A stretch of DNA of 64,000 bases from Phoronis australis (GCA_002633005.1 NMRA01000145.1:533873-597872), one strand, 5' to 3'. Shown: positions 37,556 through 50,400, counted from the stretch's first letter. The notes: generated by a model from the sequence alone, not told the origin. Numbers and translations are program-made.

Positions 37556-39331
37556 TTAAGTTTTTTGAGTATAGCTATCAAACTTTCTCTTGATCTCCTC
37601 AATATACTTTTCTGACCCGTCTATTTCCACTGCTTTGCGGACTTCCAAACCTGGCAGAATATCCGTGCATCCAGGTAATTTGACAGGTATTATTGTGTCA
37701 TCTCTTCCAGTTTTGCACCTGTTAAATCTAATAGCTGTAAGCGTATTGTTAGCCATAGAAGTAACTGGAAATAAGCGTTCGCCACAACAAACCACTATCA
37801 AGGTACACATTTTATCGATTTTGTCCCAACCGTTGACAGTATTATCACCACCTAATACATCTCGATCTAAGAAGAAGCAACGCAGTTGCAATTTTTCCTC
37901 TAGACCAGTTACTATTTCGGCAACTTGATGGACGTCTTCTTCATCATAAACGAATCCAAGATCACGCAGATTATCATCGCAGTGGCCCATAGATATCTGA
38001 ATGGCTCTGTTTCGCTTGCTTTCTGCTTGATCTTTTTGATTGTTTGCCTCAAGTATTTCTGCCCACAACTTAAAAAGTTTGACGTCCATGTTACCTCCAT
38101 GTTCCAGTGACTGGTCACACTTTGCAATGGCATCGAGTATATTGCCTTTGAGGAAACAGGTTTTGGCAGAAAAACGATAGAAGTGACCGAGGTCACACCC
38201 CTTTTTCTTAGCCTCTTCAAAACATTTCATTGCGTCATCAAGGAATCGACTTGATTCCGAATTTTCTTGAGATTGTTCTTCGTACATCTTAAGATTCCAT
38301 CGTCCTAGCAAGGAGTAAGCATACCCGTTAGCTCCCTTATCCGACTCTATGGCTGCCTTAAGATATCTCTCAGCCTCTTCCATGTGCCCTGTGTTCATGA
38401 AAACTTGGCCACTTCTTCTAAGAATAGTCGACTTATTCGATTCTGTCGCTTTGGCATTTGCCTGTTTTATGCAATCGCGGACCGTAAACTCGGAGTGGTC
38501 CTTATCACATTCTCCCTTAAAGAAGATACTGAAGTTTTGGTATTCTTTAAATCGATCGTACTTGCTCAGAAGAACTGCCATGTAACACCATGCTTTTGAA
38601 ACAACGTCGTCCATTCTTGTACTGTGTTTCTTCTCGTCCGTCACTTCCGGAACATGTGAACGTTGAGCTACTTTATAGAAATATTTCATGGATTCAATGA
38701 AGTGTTCTGGTGACTTATCACCGAGATTGCCGTCTACGTTGAACAGAAAGAAAGCGTAACCAAATTCCCACTCTGTTTTATCAACCTGAGGAATATCCTC
38801 ACAATCCATTGCCTGAAGGTAGAGAGTTTCAGTGGCAAGAATACCGCCGGGTTGTAAGTGCGCATCTGTTGCTGACATAATCGTAGCAAGTTCGTATCGT
38901 GAGTAGGCCTTAAATTTTTCCACTGATGAATCAGAAAGAATTTTCTCTATGTCGTCATAGCACTTCGTAGCTTCATTAGTAAACTGAATGTGTTCATACA
39001 AGAATGCCATGTTCAGCAAGGCGTTGATATTACGCGGCTCTTCTTTGAGTACTTTTTCAAACCACTCAGTGGCTTTATCATACTCTTTAATTTTGAAGCT
39101 GAGGTACCCCAGTAAGATCATTAGGGGGTGTCGTCTTGCATCTGGCTCAACATCTATTTCTTTTGAAAAACGTTTATGGCAATTCTCAAATGAACTCTTC
39201 ATGTTTTGTAGATAGCGACTTGTGAAAAGACTGATAATGCCATATTTCCACAGCTTTTTTTCAGTTTCAGACATCAATAATCGGTACTCAGCCCTGTCAA
39301 AATATAAAGATGAGACCAAATCAACTTGTTT
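37556..39331 (-). CDS. TPR-repeat (IFIT/TTC22-like) protein with C-terminal TIR domain, in one long open exon
   Basis: 587-aa ORF with several TPR-pattern helical pairs (LLGYLSFKIKEYDKATEWFEKVLKEEPRNINALLNMAFLY; SGQVFMNTGHMEEAERYLKAAI; AYSLLG; AKTCFLKGNILDAIAKCDQSL). The last ~135 aa follow the TIR pattern DLGFVYDEED...LEEKLQLRCFFLDRDVLGG...LIVVC...IIPVKL. A candidate acceptor TTCCTTTTATAG precedes 39331, so an upstream exon may exist; otherwise the start is the ATG of MSETEKK. Confidence 0.85.
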   Translation of the reverse strand, partial: KQVDLVSSLYFDRAEYRLLMSETEKKLWKYGIISLFTSRYLQNMKSSFENCHKRFSKEIDVEPDARRHPLMILLGYLSFKIKEYDKATEWFEKVLKEEPRNINALLNMAFLYEHIQFTNEATKCYDDIEKILSDSSVEKFKAYSRYELATIMSATDAHLQPGGILATETLYLQAMDCEDIPQVDKTEWEFGYAFFLFNVDGNLGDKSPEHFIESMKYFYKVAQRSHVPEVTDEKKHSTRMDDVVSKAWCYMAVLLSKYDRFKEYQNFSIFFKGECDKDHSEFTVRDCIKQANAKATESNKSTILRRSGQVFMNTGHMEEAERYLKAAIESDKGANGYAYSLLGRWNLKMYEEQSQENSESSRFLDDAMKCFEEAKKKGCDLGHFYRFSAKTCFLKGNILDAIAKCDQSLEHGGNMDVKLFKLWAEILEANNQKDQAESKRNRAIQISMGHCDDNLRDLGFVYDEEDVHQVAEIVTGLEEKLQLRCFFLDRDVLGGDNTVNGWDKIDKMCTLIVVCCGERLFPVTSMANNTLTAIRFNRCKTGRDDTIIPVKLPGCTDILPGLEVRKAVEIDGSEKYIEEIKRKFDSYTQKT

Positions 39332-39783
39332 CTATAAAAGGAACACAACCTGTGCTTTGCCGACTTCACTCAAACCTTTGCTTGTCCCTTGTTACTGGGC
39401 AATTATCACTGCCCCTTTGAGGTATAAATTATGACTGAGGTAAACATTTCCCCATTACATAAAATAGGATTAAAGATTCTTTCATGTCTACAAAGAATAA
39501 CTTTTAGAGGAAGATGCTAATTTCCACCTATTTCTTCTCTTAAACACCACCTTAGATTCCCAAACAAAAATACGTAAACTTTCTATCACGGAATAGCAAG
39601 GGAAATTTCAAAGTTTTGCTTTTGCTCGCGCAGGCAAACCGAGCATGTTAGGTGATTCGGATTCAAATGGGATGACAGGAAGACAGTAAGGTAACACAAC
39701 AGTTGGTCACGTGATATTTGCGAGATCAAGATTTTGTAAAGCTAGCATCAAAACGTTTCCTAAATTAATCTTTAAACCATTAA

Positions 39784-41317
39784 ATGAGAATGCCACCCGA
39801 TTTAATAATGTTTTTTAACGTCTTTAAGACGTTAAAAAACATTATTAAATCGGTCTATATCCATATGGCCTCTTATACGGTCTATCTATGAAGCTGCGAA
39901 GAAAGCGGGTATATCGTTTTTTCGACTTCCTCGAGGGCCCGAAAGGCTTAGGAAGTGGCTCCCAGTAGGGAAGAATGAAAGTTACGCTGTTAATAGCAAG
40001 TATGAGGCCGTGAAACGTCTCCGTGTCTGTCGACAGTGATTTATATGACGAATTCTGGCTTACCAAAGAACTATCCATACGTTCCGTTGCCTGCGCATGT
40101 TCACGGCGCCTCTCTAGTATTTCTTGGTCAGTGTATTCCGGTTCGAACTGATAGTTTTCGAAACCTAATGATCCGACCCGTGAAGTCACCGTTGGATGAG
40201 CTCTTGACTAAGTCGGGATTGGCGCAGGGCGAGTTGCCATGCAGACGTTTATTATTCTGCGCTCTGCTTCAAAATAAATTGTTCTCATCCTAACCAATGC
40301 TTATATAAAACTGAAACAAAGTCTGTCTCATTAGATAAAATTTGTAATGCCTTTGCAGTATTCAGGAGTGCAAATGTTGAGAAGCCATCAATGAATAAAC
40401 CATTGCATTACCGGCTTTTGATGCCGGCAATAAAGTAATTGACCAGGCTGCCGAGGCCGTTTGAGCGCATGCTAATTCAGTGTTTGCTGACAGCAAGCTG
40501 TTGTGAAACAAATTACTCGATTTTACATGCTATGGTCACATGTTGGGGGAATGTTTATTTAGAAATACAAAAACATTATTCAAATCATTGTTCTGTACAA
40601 CTTTTGCCCTGACGATCTGTGGAAGGGGAACCCGATTTTGCGGCCCCCTACAAGCAAGTAGATTTTCAGTTTCGTGGCTAATTCACATAAATAATTACGC
40701 GCGCATTATTTCTTTGACTCACTGGTATAGTCTTTTCGTGACTGGAGGTTTAGTTTTCAACTCAAGCTGGTTTATGTTCCTGTCAGTCCCGGCGACGAGC
40801 CTGATCGGATTCCGAGCCACTGGCCGGGATAACAAACGTTTTGTGTGTTCAGAACTAAAAATCCAAACAACACGTGTCTAGGTTCACCTGTCTGTTTTTC
40901 ACGGAAGAATACTTCGAATTTATCTCCGAACAGACCCCAAACTCCTGCTACGGACCTTGGTAAATTGGCCTGCCGAACTTTGTAGGCTACAGTGTGTCCA
41001 AATACCAATAAATCCGTAACAGAGAAATAAAACAGCACGTTTTTATAAGAACTCGGTGTGTTTTTAAGGGTTTTAGATCGAAGTTTGATGATTTATTGGT
41101 GTTAAACTATGAATTCAAGCGATACGCTGACACCAGTAACCAATGTTGTGAACTGCTGAACAGACTGCGTGTGAAACCAAAGACATCACTGGATAATTTC
41201 AACACCTCCGTCTGCTGTCAGGTGTCAGGTAACGCAACCGAACGTGCCGTTATGGCCGAGTAGAACTACTCGATCGAAATTGATACAAAATATGTTGTTT
41301 TTGGGTGGCATTCTCTT
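39784..41317. mobile_element. Kolobok-type derivative (family B, copy 2)
   Basis: TTAA|ATGAGAATGCCACCC ... GGGTGGCATTCTCTT|TTAA. Colinear with 26659-27721 plus about 570 extra bp (about 40725-41295). Minus-strand relic GFENYQFEPEYTDQEILERRR. Confidence 0.8.
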
Positions 41318-44300
41318 TTAACAAAAATAGATTACGAACAGCAGGCAATAACTTACATGTGTCCAGTGATAATGTGTCCCCAATGTTGAACTTGTGACTG
41401 GAATACTGACCTTTACTTCGCACAGTCAAATAATAGTAAGTTTTTATTCGAACGCGAACCCGCTGCTGAAGAAAGATAAGATTTCTTATCTGCTGTTGTC
41501 GGGGACACGTATCACAATGGTTTGATTTTGATATCCCGTCCGTTAAGGTAGGTATTGATTCCTTAACAAAGGGATATAGATTAGTATTTTGTGTACACAC
41601 CGATTTCAATTCGCAAGCAGAACAATGTGTTTGCTTTCTCGGAAAAAGTGTTGGACGTCTACTGTATGGTTACTGCAGACAGTTCTTGCGCCAGATGTAC
41701 AGTCGCTCTCTCACTGTTTATTTTCGTCCAGCCTTTTTTCGAATGTCATTCCACAAACGTTTATAGGGGGGAAACGTCTATTGTACATACACGTAGTTAT
41801 GGCAACGGGATTTGGTTGGACTTGGGGCGATATCGGCGTAAGCACTGTGTTTCTTGATGTAAAGTAGTTTATTTGCATTCGTAAGTTTTCCCCTATTCTG
41901 TCAGTGTATTTTGAACGCTTGCTATTGTATGCCCTTTGCCCGTCGCCAGTTTTTGGGAGTTGTCCGGAGGAATTGGCTTAATTGTTATCTACATGGTATT
42001 GCATTATATGTAACGTGTGAATTTGAACATATTTTCTTTTTGTTACATATCAGTTTAGCTACTACTGTCACTTATACTACTGACAACAAAAGAGTAAAGC
42101 CCCCCCGAGCCTGTTTTGGTTTACTCCAACATCTATTACTCATTAACTTTTGAACCTTCCTTCGGCAGTCTAAGAAACTAACATTTACATCTGTCTCATC
42201 TAGTTCCTTACGCAGACATGCTGGGAAGGAGTGGGAGTCATCTGCAGTACTTGAGAGCATGCTGGGCACGGCCCGCCGCGGCAAGTCAGGCCCCTGGCTT
42301 TTAAAATTGCCGTGCCAGTTTTTAAGTGCCGACCACGAAGTTTTCTCAGCTGAAAAGAAGGCATTTGTAACAAGCTTAGGTGCGTGCACGGTCTTGCTGA
42401 TGGACCCCGTTAATAAAAATAAATTTAAAGATTAGCCATTAAACTTTCTTTATTCCGAAAACATTAGATTTTAAAATATTTGAATTAAAACCATTTTTTC
42501 TCTAAACAGGTATTGCTCAACCCGTCTCTAAATTCACGTCATGTTTTCTAAAGTCTTGATTTTCCTGTTGGCCACCTCGTGCTGAAATGCGCAGTGGCAG
42601 GATGAGGTAAACCCCTTTTGATGCACATCGACAACTCTCCGACGCATACGATGGCGTAGTGCTAATATGACATCTTTGTCTCAAAGTAGCGATTTCTACC
42701 GACATTCGCATTAAAGTNGGTCTTCAAGGGCAAACTTGAACTAGAAACTCCTATGCATAAACTATAATGTATTCGAGCACAGTCTGATAACCAATTATCT
42801 TAAGTTCGCACAAAAGGAGCAGAGAAATTGCCAAAAATAGTTTCGAGTTCCTTTCGAGTACAAAGATTAGAGACCGGGCCCAGGTCACTGGATCATTTCA
42901 ACACCTCCGTCTGCTGTCAGGTGTCAGGTAACGCAACCGAACGTGCCGTTATGGAGTAGAACTACTCGATCGAAATTGATACAAAATATGTTGTTTTTGG
43001 GTGGCATTCTCTTTTAACGAAAATAAACTACGAACAGCAGGCAATAACTTACATGTGTCCAGTGATAATGTGTCTCCAATGTTGAACTTGTGACTGGAAT
43101 ACTGACCTTTACTTCCCACAGTCAAATAATAGTAAGTTTTTATTCGAACGCGAACCCGCTGCTGAAGAAAGATGAGATTTCTTATCTGCTGTTGTCGGGG
43201 ACACGTATCACAATGGTTTGATTTTGATATCTGACGTCCGTTAAGGTAGGTATTGATTCCTTAACAAAAGGGTATAGATTAGTAATTTGTGTACACACCG
43301 ATTTCAATTCGCAAGCAGAACAACGTGTTTGCTTTTTCGGAAATGTTTGACGTCTGTGGTTACTGCAGACAGTTCTTGCGCCAGATGTACAGTCGCTCTC
43401 TCACTGTTTATTTTCGTCCAGCCTTTTTTCGAATGTCATTCCACAAACGTTTATAGTGGGGAAACGTCTATTGTACATACACGTAGTTATGGCAACGGGA
43501 TTTGGTTGGACTTGGGGCGATATCGGCGTAAGCAATGTGTTTCTTGATGCCAGGTAGTTTATTTGCATTCGTTAGTTTTCCCCTGTTCTGTCAGTGTATT
43601 TTGAACGCTTGCTATTGTATGCCCTTTGCCCGTCGTCAGTTTTTTGGGAGTTGTCCGGAGGAATTGGCTTGTTATCTACATGGTATTGCATTATATGTAA
43701 CGTGTGAATTTGAACATAGCCTTCTTTTTGTTACATATCAGTTTAGCTACTACTGTCACTTATACTACTGACAACAAAAGAGTAAAGCCCCCCCGAGCCT
43801 GTTTTGGTTTACTCCAACATCTATTACTCATTAACTTTTGAACCTTTCTTCGGCAGTCTAAGAAACTAACATTTACATTTGTCTCATCTAGTTCCTTATG
43901 CAGACATGCTGGGGAAGGAGTGGGAGTCATCAGCAGTACTTGAGAGCATGCTGGGCACGGCCCACCGCGGCAAGTCAGGCCCCTGGCTCCTTTAAAATTG
44001 CCGTGCCAGTTTTTAAGCGCCGACCACGAAGTTTTCTCAGCTGAAAAGAAGGCATTTGTAACAAGCTTGGGTGCGTGCACGGTCTTGCTGATGGACCCCG
44101 TTAATACAAATAAATTTAAAGATTAGCCATTAAACTTTCTTTATTCCGAAAACATTAGATTTTAAAATATTTGAATAAAAACCATTTTTTCTCTAAACAG
44201 GTATTGCTCAACCCGTCTCTAAATTCACGTCATGTTTTCTAAAGTCTTGATTTTCCTGTTGGCCACCTCGTACTGAAATGCGCAGTGGCAGGATGAGGTA

Positions 44301-44408
44301 AACCCCTTTTGATGCACATCGACAACTCTCCGACGCATACGATGGCGTAGTGCTAATATGACATCTTTGTCTCAAAGTAGCGATTTCTACCGACATTCGC
44401 ATTAAAGT
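41186..44408. repeat. Near-identical tandem duplication (41186-42717 vs 42885-44408) of the CLCA 3' flank, split by N at 42718
   Basis: Colinear ~1.5-kb copies with small SNPs and indels. The first copy stops exactly at the N. Confidence 0.9.
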
Positions 44409-44437
44409 CAGGTTTCGATTAGTTAATTCCAAATAGT

Positions 44438-47400
44438 TCATGTGGGTCTTTTAACTTCCGTGTCCACTAGATTAACGGGTGTCATACCAAAGGAGGAGCT
44501 TTTCCTTACACTCCGTTTCCAATTGGTCATTTCCGCCCAGGTGTCGGTCGGCTGAGGGACTTGACTCACTTTTCGATTCCCGTGTACCTTGGCCCGTGCA
44601 CAGTACAACAGGGTGAAAGAAACTGTGAGAGTTAACGCGACTACGGAGCATCCAGCTATTGTAGCACCCAAGACTACAGGGTTTGCAAAAGGCGACCTGC
44701 TGTCTTCTTTATCTATTGTTGGATGTGGTGTTAATATGGATTTTGTTTGAGATTTCGCTGATACTTTAGATGATGATGTTTTCTCGAGGTTGCTATTTGG
44801 TTCTTTTACTCCGTTGGAACTTTCTGAAGGTCGAAATATACCGGAAGTAGGTGTAGCAGATTGTGACAAAACGGGTATGGGGCTGCTTTTAGGACGCAAG
44901 TTCGAAGGTTTTATGCCTCGCTTTGCCAGTATCTCCTCATAGACAAGAGGGTCAACCATTTCCACTACTATTACATCTGGAACGTAACCGAGACCAGCCG
45001 TAGCGATGTTGGAAAATTTCCCTGCGTGACCTACTTCGTCGAGGGCGCAAACAGCGAACACGAAGCTGGCGTTCTCAGTTGGATTCACGTCTACCTTGAC
45101 AGTGAAGCGTTCCCGTTCTCCTGCCGCTCGTGGTGACGTCAAATTCCCAACTGTGAGCATGGCTTGAGTCACTGGAACAGCTGTTTCCGGGCTGGTAGCG
45201 AGATCATCGTAGATTTCAGCCATCCGGATATCGTACTGGAACGCTAAAAGGACGGAAGTCATGATATTCATAGAAAATTCTAATGCAATTGTAGGCTCAT
45301 TATACCCATTTTCCAATTACGCAATATTTTTCCTATCCCAATACTACCAAATTTCCCAAAATGCTGAAAAGGCATTTTAAAGGAAATAAGATAACTGAAA
45401 TTTTGAAGTTTCAAATGTCTTATAATGCACAACGTTTTAACAGTACTCCAAAACACTTCCTATTAATTTTCTTAATTTGACAGTTACTAAGAATTTGCAA
45501 ATTTTTAATCTCTGGATAAATTGTTTTAAGGTAAAACTTACAAAAAACTAAAACTCTTCTTACTTAGTTTTCTTAATTTCCAAGTTATCAGTCACTAACA
45601 ATTAGAAAAATTGTATCAGTAAATCATTGTAAGTTTAGACTTTTGCGACTTCCACGTTAGTAACTTTACCTTTTCCCACATCTTCGTCGTCACCAGTCGC
45701 CAACCATGACAAAGAAACCGTCCCATTTTCGTGTGATGTCATGCTGACAATAAGGTCGTTTATTTCTCCTGGAGGCACTACGTCTTTTCCCGCCAAAAGG
45801 TCAGAAAATGGCTGAAAAGGAGCGACAGTGCCGTTCCTCTTGAATTCGAAAGCTCCCGCTGTTGTTGTTCTAGACACATTTGACGTCACGGCTGTTGATT
45901 TTGTTTCAGTATCTGGAGGAATATCTGGAAAAGTGTAGTTATAACTAGATCAGTAAATGATACGAAGAAAATATAATTTAACAGTGACGTTAATTTCACT
46001 GCTCTGTAACTAGTCCATTCTAAGCGAGACCATCAGCCATAGCCCCTTTAATCAATTTTCTCGTAAGACGTCGATTTGCAAGTAAATGACGTTTAATCCA
46101 CTGATTTGAAATATGACATGTGATATTTATGCATGCCCTACATTTCAAAGGATCTTCCGGGGAAACTCTGAAAGAGGCCTTCTGTCCCACTTCTTCTGTT
46201 TCTTGCACTACAGCTTTCCCGTTTTGGTTGGACACTTTGACCGAAACACTGTATCGGCCATTGGCCGTGAAAGCAGTGAAATATCGAGAGTAAACCCCGT
46301 CATTCTTTGTCACATCAGCTCCTGAAATGAAATGAAAAATTACCAGCAAAGCATGTTCTCAAAAAACTAACGAAGTCCACCATGTAGAAGGTCTCTTTTT
46401 CATTCCCTGGGTTAATATTAAGCACCATAAGTGGATGTGATTCATTTTAACGGGTGTCTATCACGACGGCATGTGAATGTTATCTTTGAAAATTAAATCA
46501 GATAAGCACAAATGTGCCATTTTTGTTATATTTCAAAACGTTTAAAGCGGCACTTTCGGTTTCACGACCGAAAAACAAAACTCATCTTTGGGAGTATTGT
46601 TGGATGAGATAGAAGTCTTGAAGTTATTACCGTTCACCAGATCTGTAAACAACAAAATCAGTTGCATTTTTGTAACTTTATTTCAAATCGCCAATTCATG
46701 CCATTGTCTGCCAGATGTTTGCTGAAATCGTACCGGTGTGTACGCTTAAAACACTCCCTTACATACAACTCGGGATTTGGCGAATACTGCGAAGCAAAAG
46801 GGTTCCAAACAGCGTTGCGTCTCACTTTTTGCAAAAACATTTTTCTCGATCGAAGAATTATGAATCTTAAATAAATATGTAAATAAATTGTTAATCAACA
46901 GTTTTCTTTGGGATTTTGGGAATTCTAGACTTGGCAGAAGAGCGAGAGAAAATCGCCATCTTGTTGCATAACCTCGCCTAACCTTAAAAGCCTCAGTTAA
47001 GTATTGAAGTTGCGTGATTTATTTTTTATTTGGTTATTCTTTAAAAAACAAAACAGATCGGAGCCAATAAACATACGGTGAAAACAAACAAATCAGCCCC
47101 CGTCTGAGGGCAGCTGTTCTTAGTAAATGTAGAAGCGCTCCATGACATCGCACGTGGCCAACCAAGAGAGCTTGTGTTGCGGAAATCCCCGAAAATAAAA
47201 ACTCTCGTTACATGCGCATACCCAGGGGGGGGGGGGGAGGACGCGCCTCCCATATTAAAGGCTGGGTGCGCGCATGCGTGTGGCTTTGCGAAGTCTTCTT
47301 TTTCTCTCAAGGAACTTTGTCTACGGAATGGTACCCTGACTGAGCGTCATTACCGATGCACTGGTGCTTACCTAAACCGTTGTCCAGCAGTTCCAGTTGA

Positions 47401-50400
47401 TATGGGGTAGCCATCAGACGTTCTACTGTTGCGACAACTGTCATACCACTCACAGGGAAGGGTCCCTTTGTCACCTCGGCATAAATGCCGACCCGCTCAT
47501 TGGTTTTAATAGCGGACATTTCCGTTTTTACTGTTATTGGCTGATCGTTTAGACTACGCGGCTTGGATGAAACACTGAATGATAAACGTTGACTTGCCTG
47601 TGCTGTATTTTTTATATATAGGCTCCACGTACCTGTCTGCAGAAATCAATAAGATTAATTGCAAGACTAGAAGTTGCTGAAACAATTGAAAACTCTGATG
47701 CTACCGAAACTACATCTAGAAATTAGCTGGAAACAAGAATTGTGGGCCTACGTGAGCGAATTGGAATAAAATTAGTACAACATAAGTGTAAGTAGCATTT
47801 GGTGGTGGGGAGTGATAGTCTGCTCAATTTTCAATTTTACTTGATTTTTCACCGCTTTGGATTTCCTCAAAATTTCAGCACACTACATTTATAGTGGCCC
47901 CAACGTTCGTCAGTGCTGAGTTTCAAAGGACTTATCCAATTCAAAAAAGATTACTTTTAAAATGCCCATACTTCTAGACACTCGGGCCGTACCACATATC
48001 CCATGCTTCTAGTGATGGACAGCATGACAGAAACAATAGAAAAGTTATGAAAGGGCCAGCGAATAACTGCAAGCGGCTGTTAATTGGGTGTTTGGAAACA
48101 ATTACAGCAGTAATAAGTCCTATTTTGCTAACTTTGATAGTTGGATTTCACTTCTTCTCGCCACAAAACTAAGAGGTAGATTTATATCCCCTGTAAAAAA
48201 TTTTCGGACATAAGTTAACTTTGTTTGGACACTATCATAAATTGCTCACCTCAGCGATAGCGAAGCGGAACCTGATGAGTTTCAGACTAGTTCTGTCGTA
48301 ATGGGCAGACGACTCGTCATAGCGGACACCAGATGGCGATGTCACGGATGCATTTAAAGGAATGTCATTGGTATAGGATATGACGAAGAGAGTATCCTTC
48401 CCAAGAGTATCGTCAATGGCAACTTGCGACGTTACGGTGTCATATGCGCTCATCATTTTGGCCTCGCTCACAAGCTGTTGGTGAATCATAATCATAATCA
48501 CTCTTACACTTTCTGATTACCGAGTAGGCCCACCCGATTTAGTAATTGGGGGGCGTTACTAAAACGATGTTAGGAGTCGTTTGATAAACACTGCTCGAGC
48601 GTCAGCATGCCCATAACAGCGTTAACATTGTGACGCGTGGTGGCATTGTTCTTAAGAAACGAGTCCCTGAACGCTATTAGACCGCATATTTTGATGGAAT
48701 TGGTCTCAAATTGTTCCTTAGTCAAGGTATGTTTGATTTCTAGGCTTAGATAGAACTATCACTCTTTTCTGACCCCAAAAAAGCATGTCTAAACTTCCAG
48801 AGAAGAAGACAACGCCTATTTTGTAACGGTAAGTGTCCTAAATCAAAACTTCTTTTTTGGACCGAAGACATGGGTTTAATGCAGATTTGAATGTCTGTAA
48901 AAAGTCTCATTCGCCAAGTGACACTAGAGTTCTATTTGTACCTGAATTGGTCGGTTGCTTTCGTCTTTATCAACGGCAGACAAGTCAAAGAACGCATCGT
49001 TCAAAGCAGTAGTGGTCGGGTCATTACTGTCGTAATAGAATTTTCCCCCTGTAATTATGATATGTTATTATTCAAACTATTTAGAGTTTAAGATTTCAAA
49101 CAGTCGGCAATTTTCCAAAAGAAATTATGGAATTATTTCGTGCCTGAGTATTACTTGACCAAACCAGTGTTTTGAAACGACACCCTGAAACCTTTTTGTG
49201 ATCAACTTACATCAATCTATGTAGCTAACCTAACACGCTGAAAAGCAGTTCAAATATACGATCGTTCGTAAGTGGGGGTTTGAACGGTAAAATCAACAAA
49301 AGTTGCAAGTAAAAAGCTGCAGTGCATAAAAACTAAGGTCCCGAACAGCTAGACAAGATTAGATTTCGGCAACGGAATCATGATGAACGAACCTGTCTTT
49401 AAAGATACAGCAGCCAAATTATTGTCTGCTACGAACGTATAGGCAAGGGTGTCAACGGTAATGCCGGCAAAAAACAGCTGCGGCATCACGTCCATGACCT
49501 TCGGTGAGTTGTTCTCAGTTCCATCGGTGATGAGAAGAATAAGAGAACCCTCGGTCTTTCCTCCGCCGGCTTTGAGCATCTGAATAAAACAATGGGTATA
49601 CTCTTTGCTCTGTGCATTTCTTAGACATTTTAGAGTCTATGCTATTGGTAGTAGCAATATTTGGAAATATGATTTGCAAGGGTCTTTGGCAGTAACGTTT
49701 TGGGTAAACCGGGAAAGGAAATAGAAACTTTTAAGTCTTAAAAGAATAAAGAGGTTCAGGGAGGGGAGGAAGGAGCGAGAGGTTGATTATTTTTTGTTTC
49801 TAATACCTACATTTAGTTACGTTACATATTAATCATAAACATAACAAATACTCTTGCCATACTTCGTGTGCCTTCATAAGACCTCCACCAATACTCGTTC
49901 CTCCGCCGGCTTTCTTCACTAAATCGTTGATGAGAATGTCTCGGTCGCCCTGATGTCGTATTTTTCTGATGGGACTAGCCATGCGCGCAGACGTGCTGAA
50001 CTCAACGATACCAAGTTCGCTATTATCATCTATGCCGTCTTTTATGTATTGCTCCGCCGCTTGGTTCATCCGAATTAGTTTGTCGTCCGCCTAAAATACG
50101 ATGCATCAAAGTTATACAACATACTGTAAAGATCTTCGTAAAATGTATCTTTCTACATGCCCTGGTGGTGTATTTTCCATCCAGTCTTTTTAGACGAAAT
50201 GCGACTTTTGTTGTACACGTCAGTGACAATAATATGGTGGCGATGATGACCTTGACATCGAAGATGGTGAAAAGAGTGATGTCAGCAAGGCATATCACGA
50301 TGATCGACAATGGTGAATATAGTAATCACGTAAAGATAAGTAACGATGGTGACGGTGATCATTGATATTGATGATGCTGATGATATTGATGACGTTGACC

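Noticed and set aside
37556-39319. Bacterial contamination or a Thoeris-like operon
   Set aside because: The gene is embedded among animal transposons and spliced genes, has a splice-acceptor-like 5' boundary, and has no operon partners.
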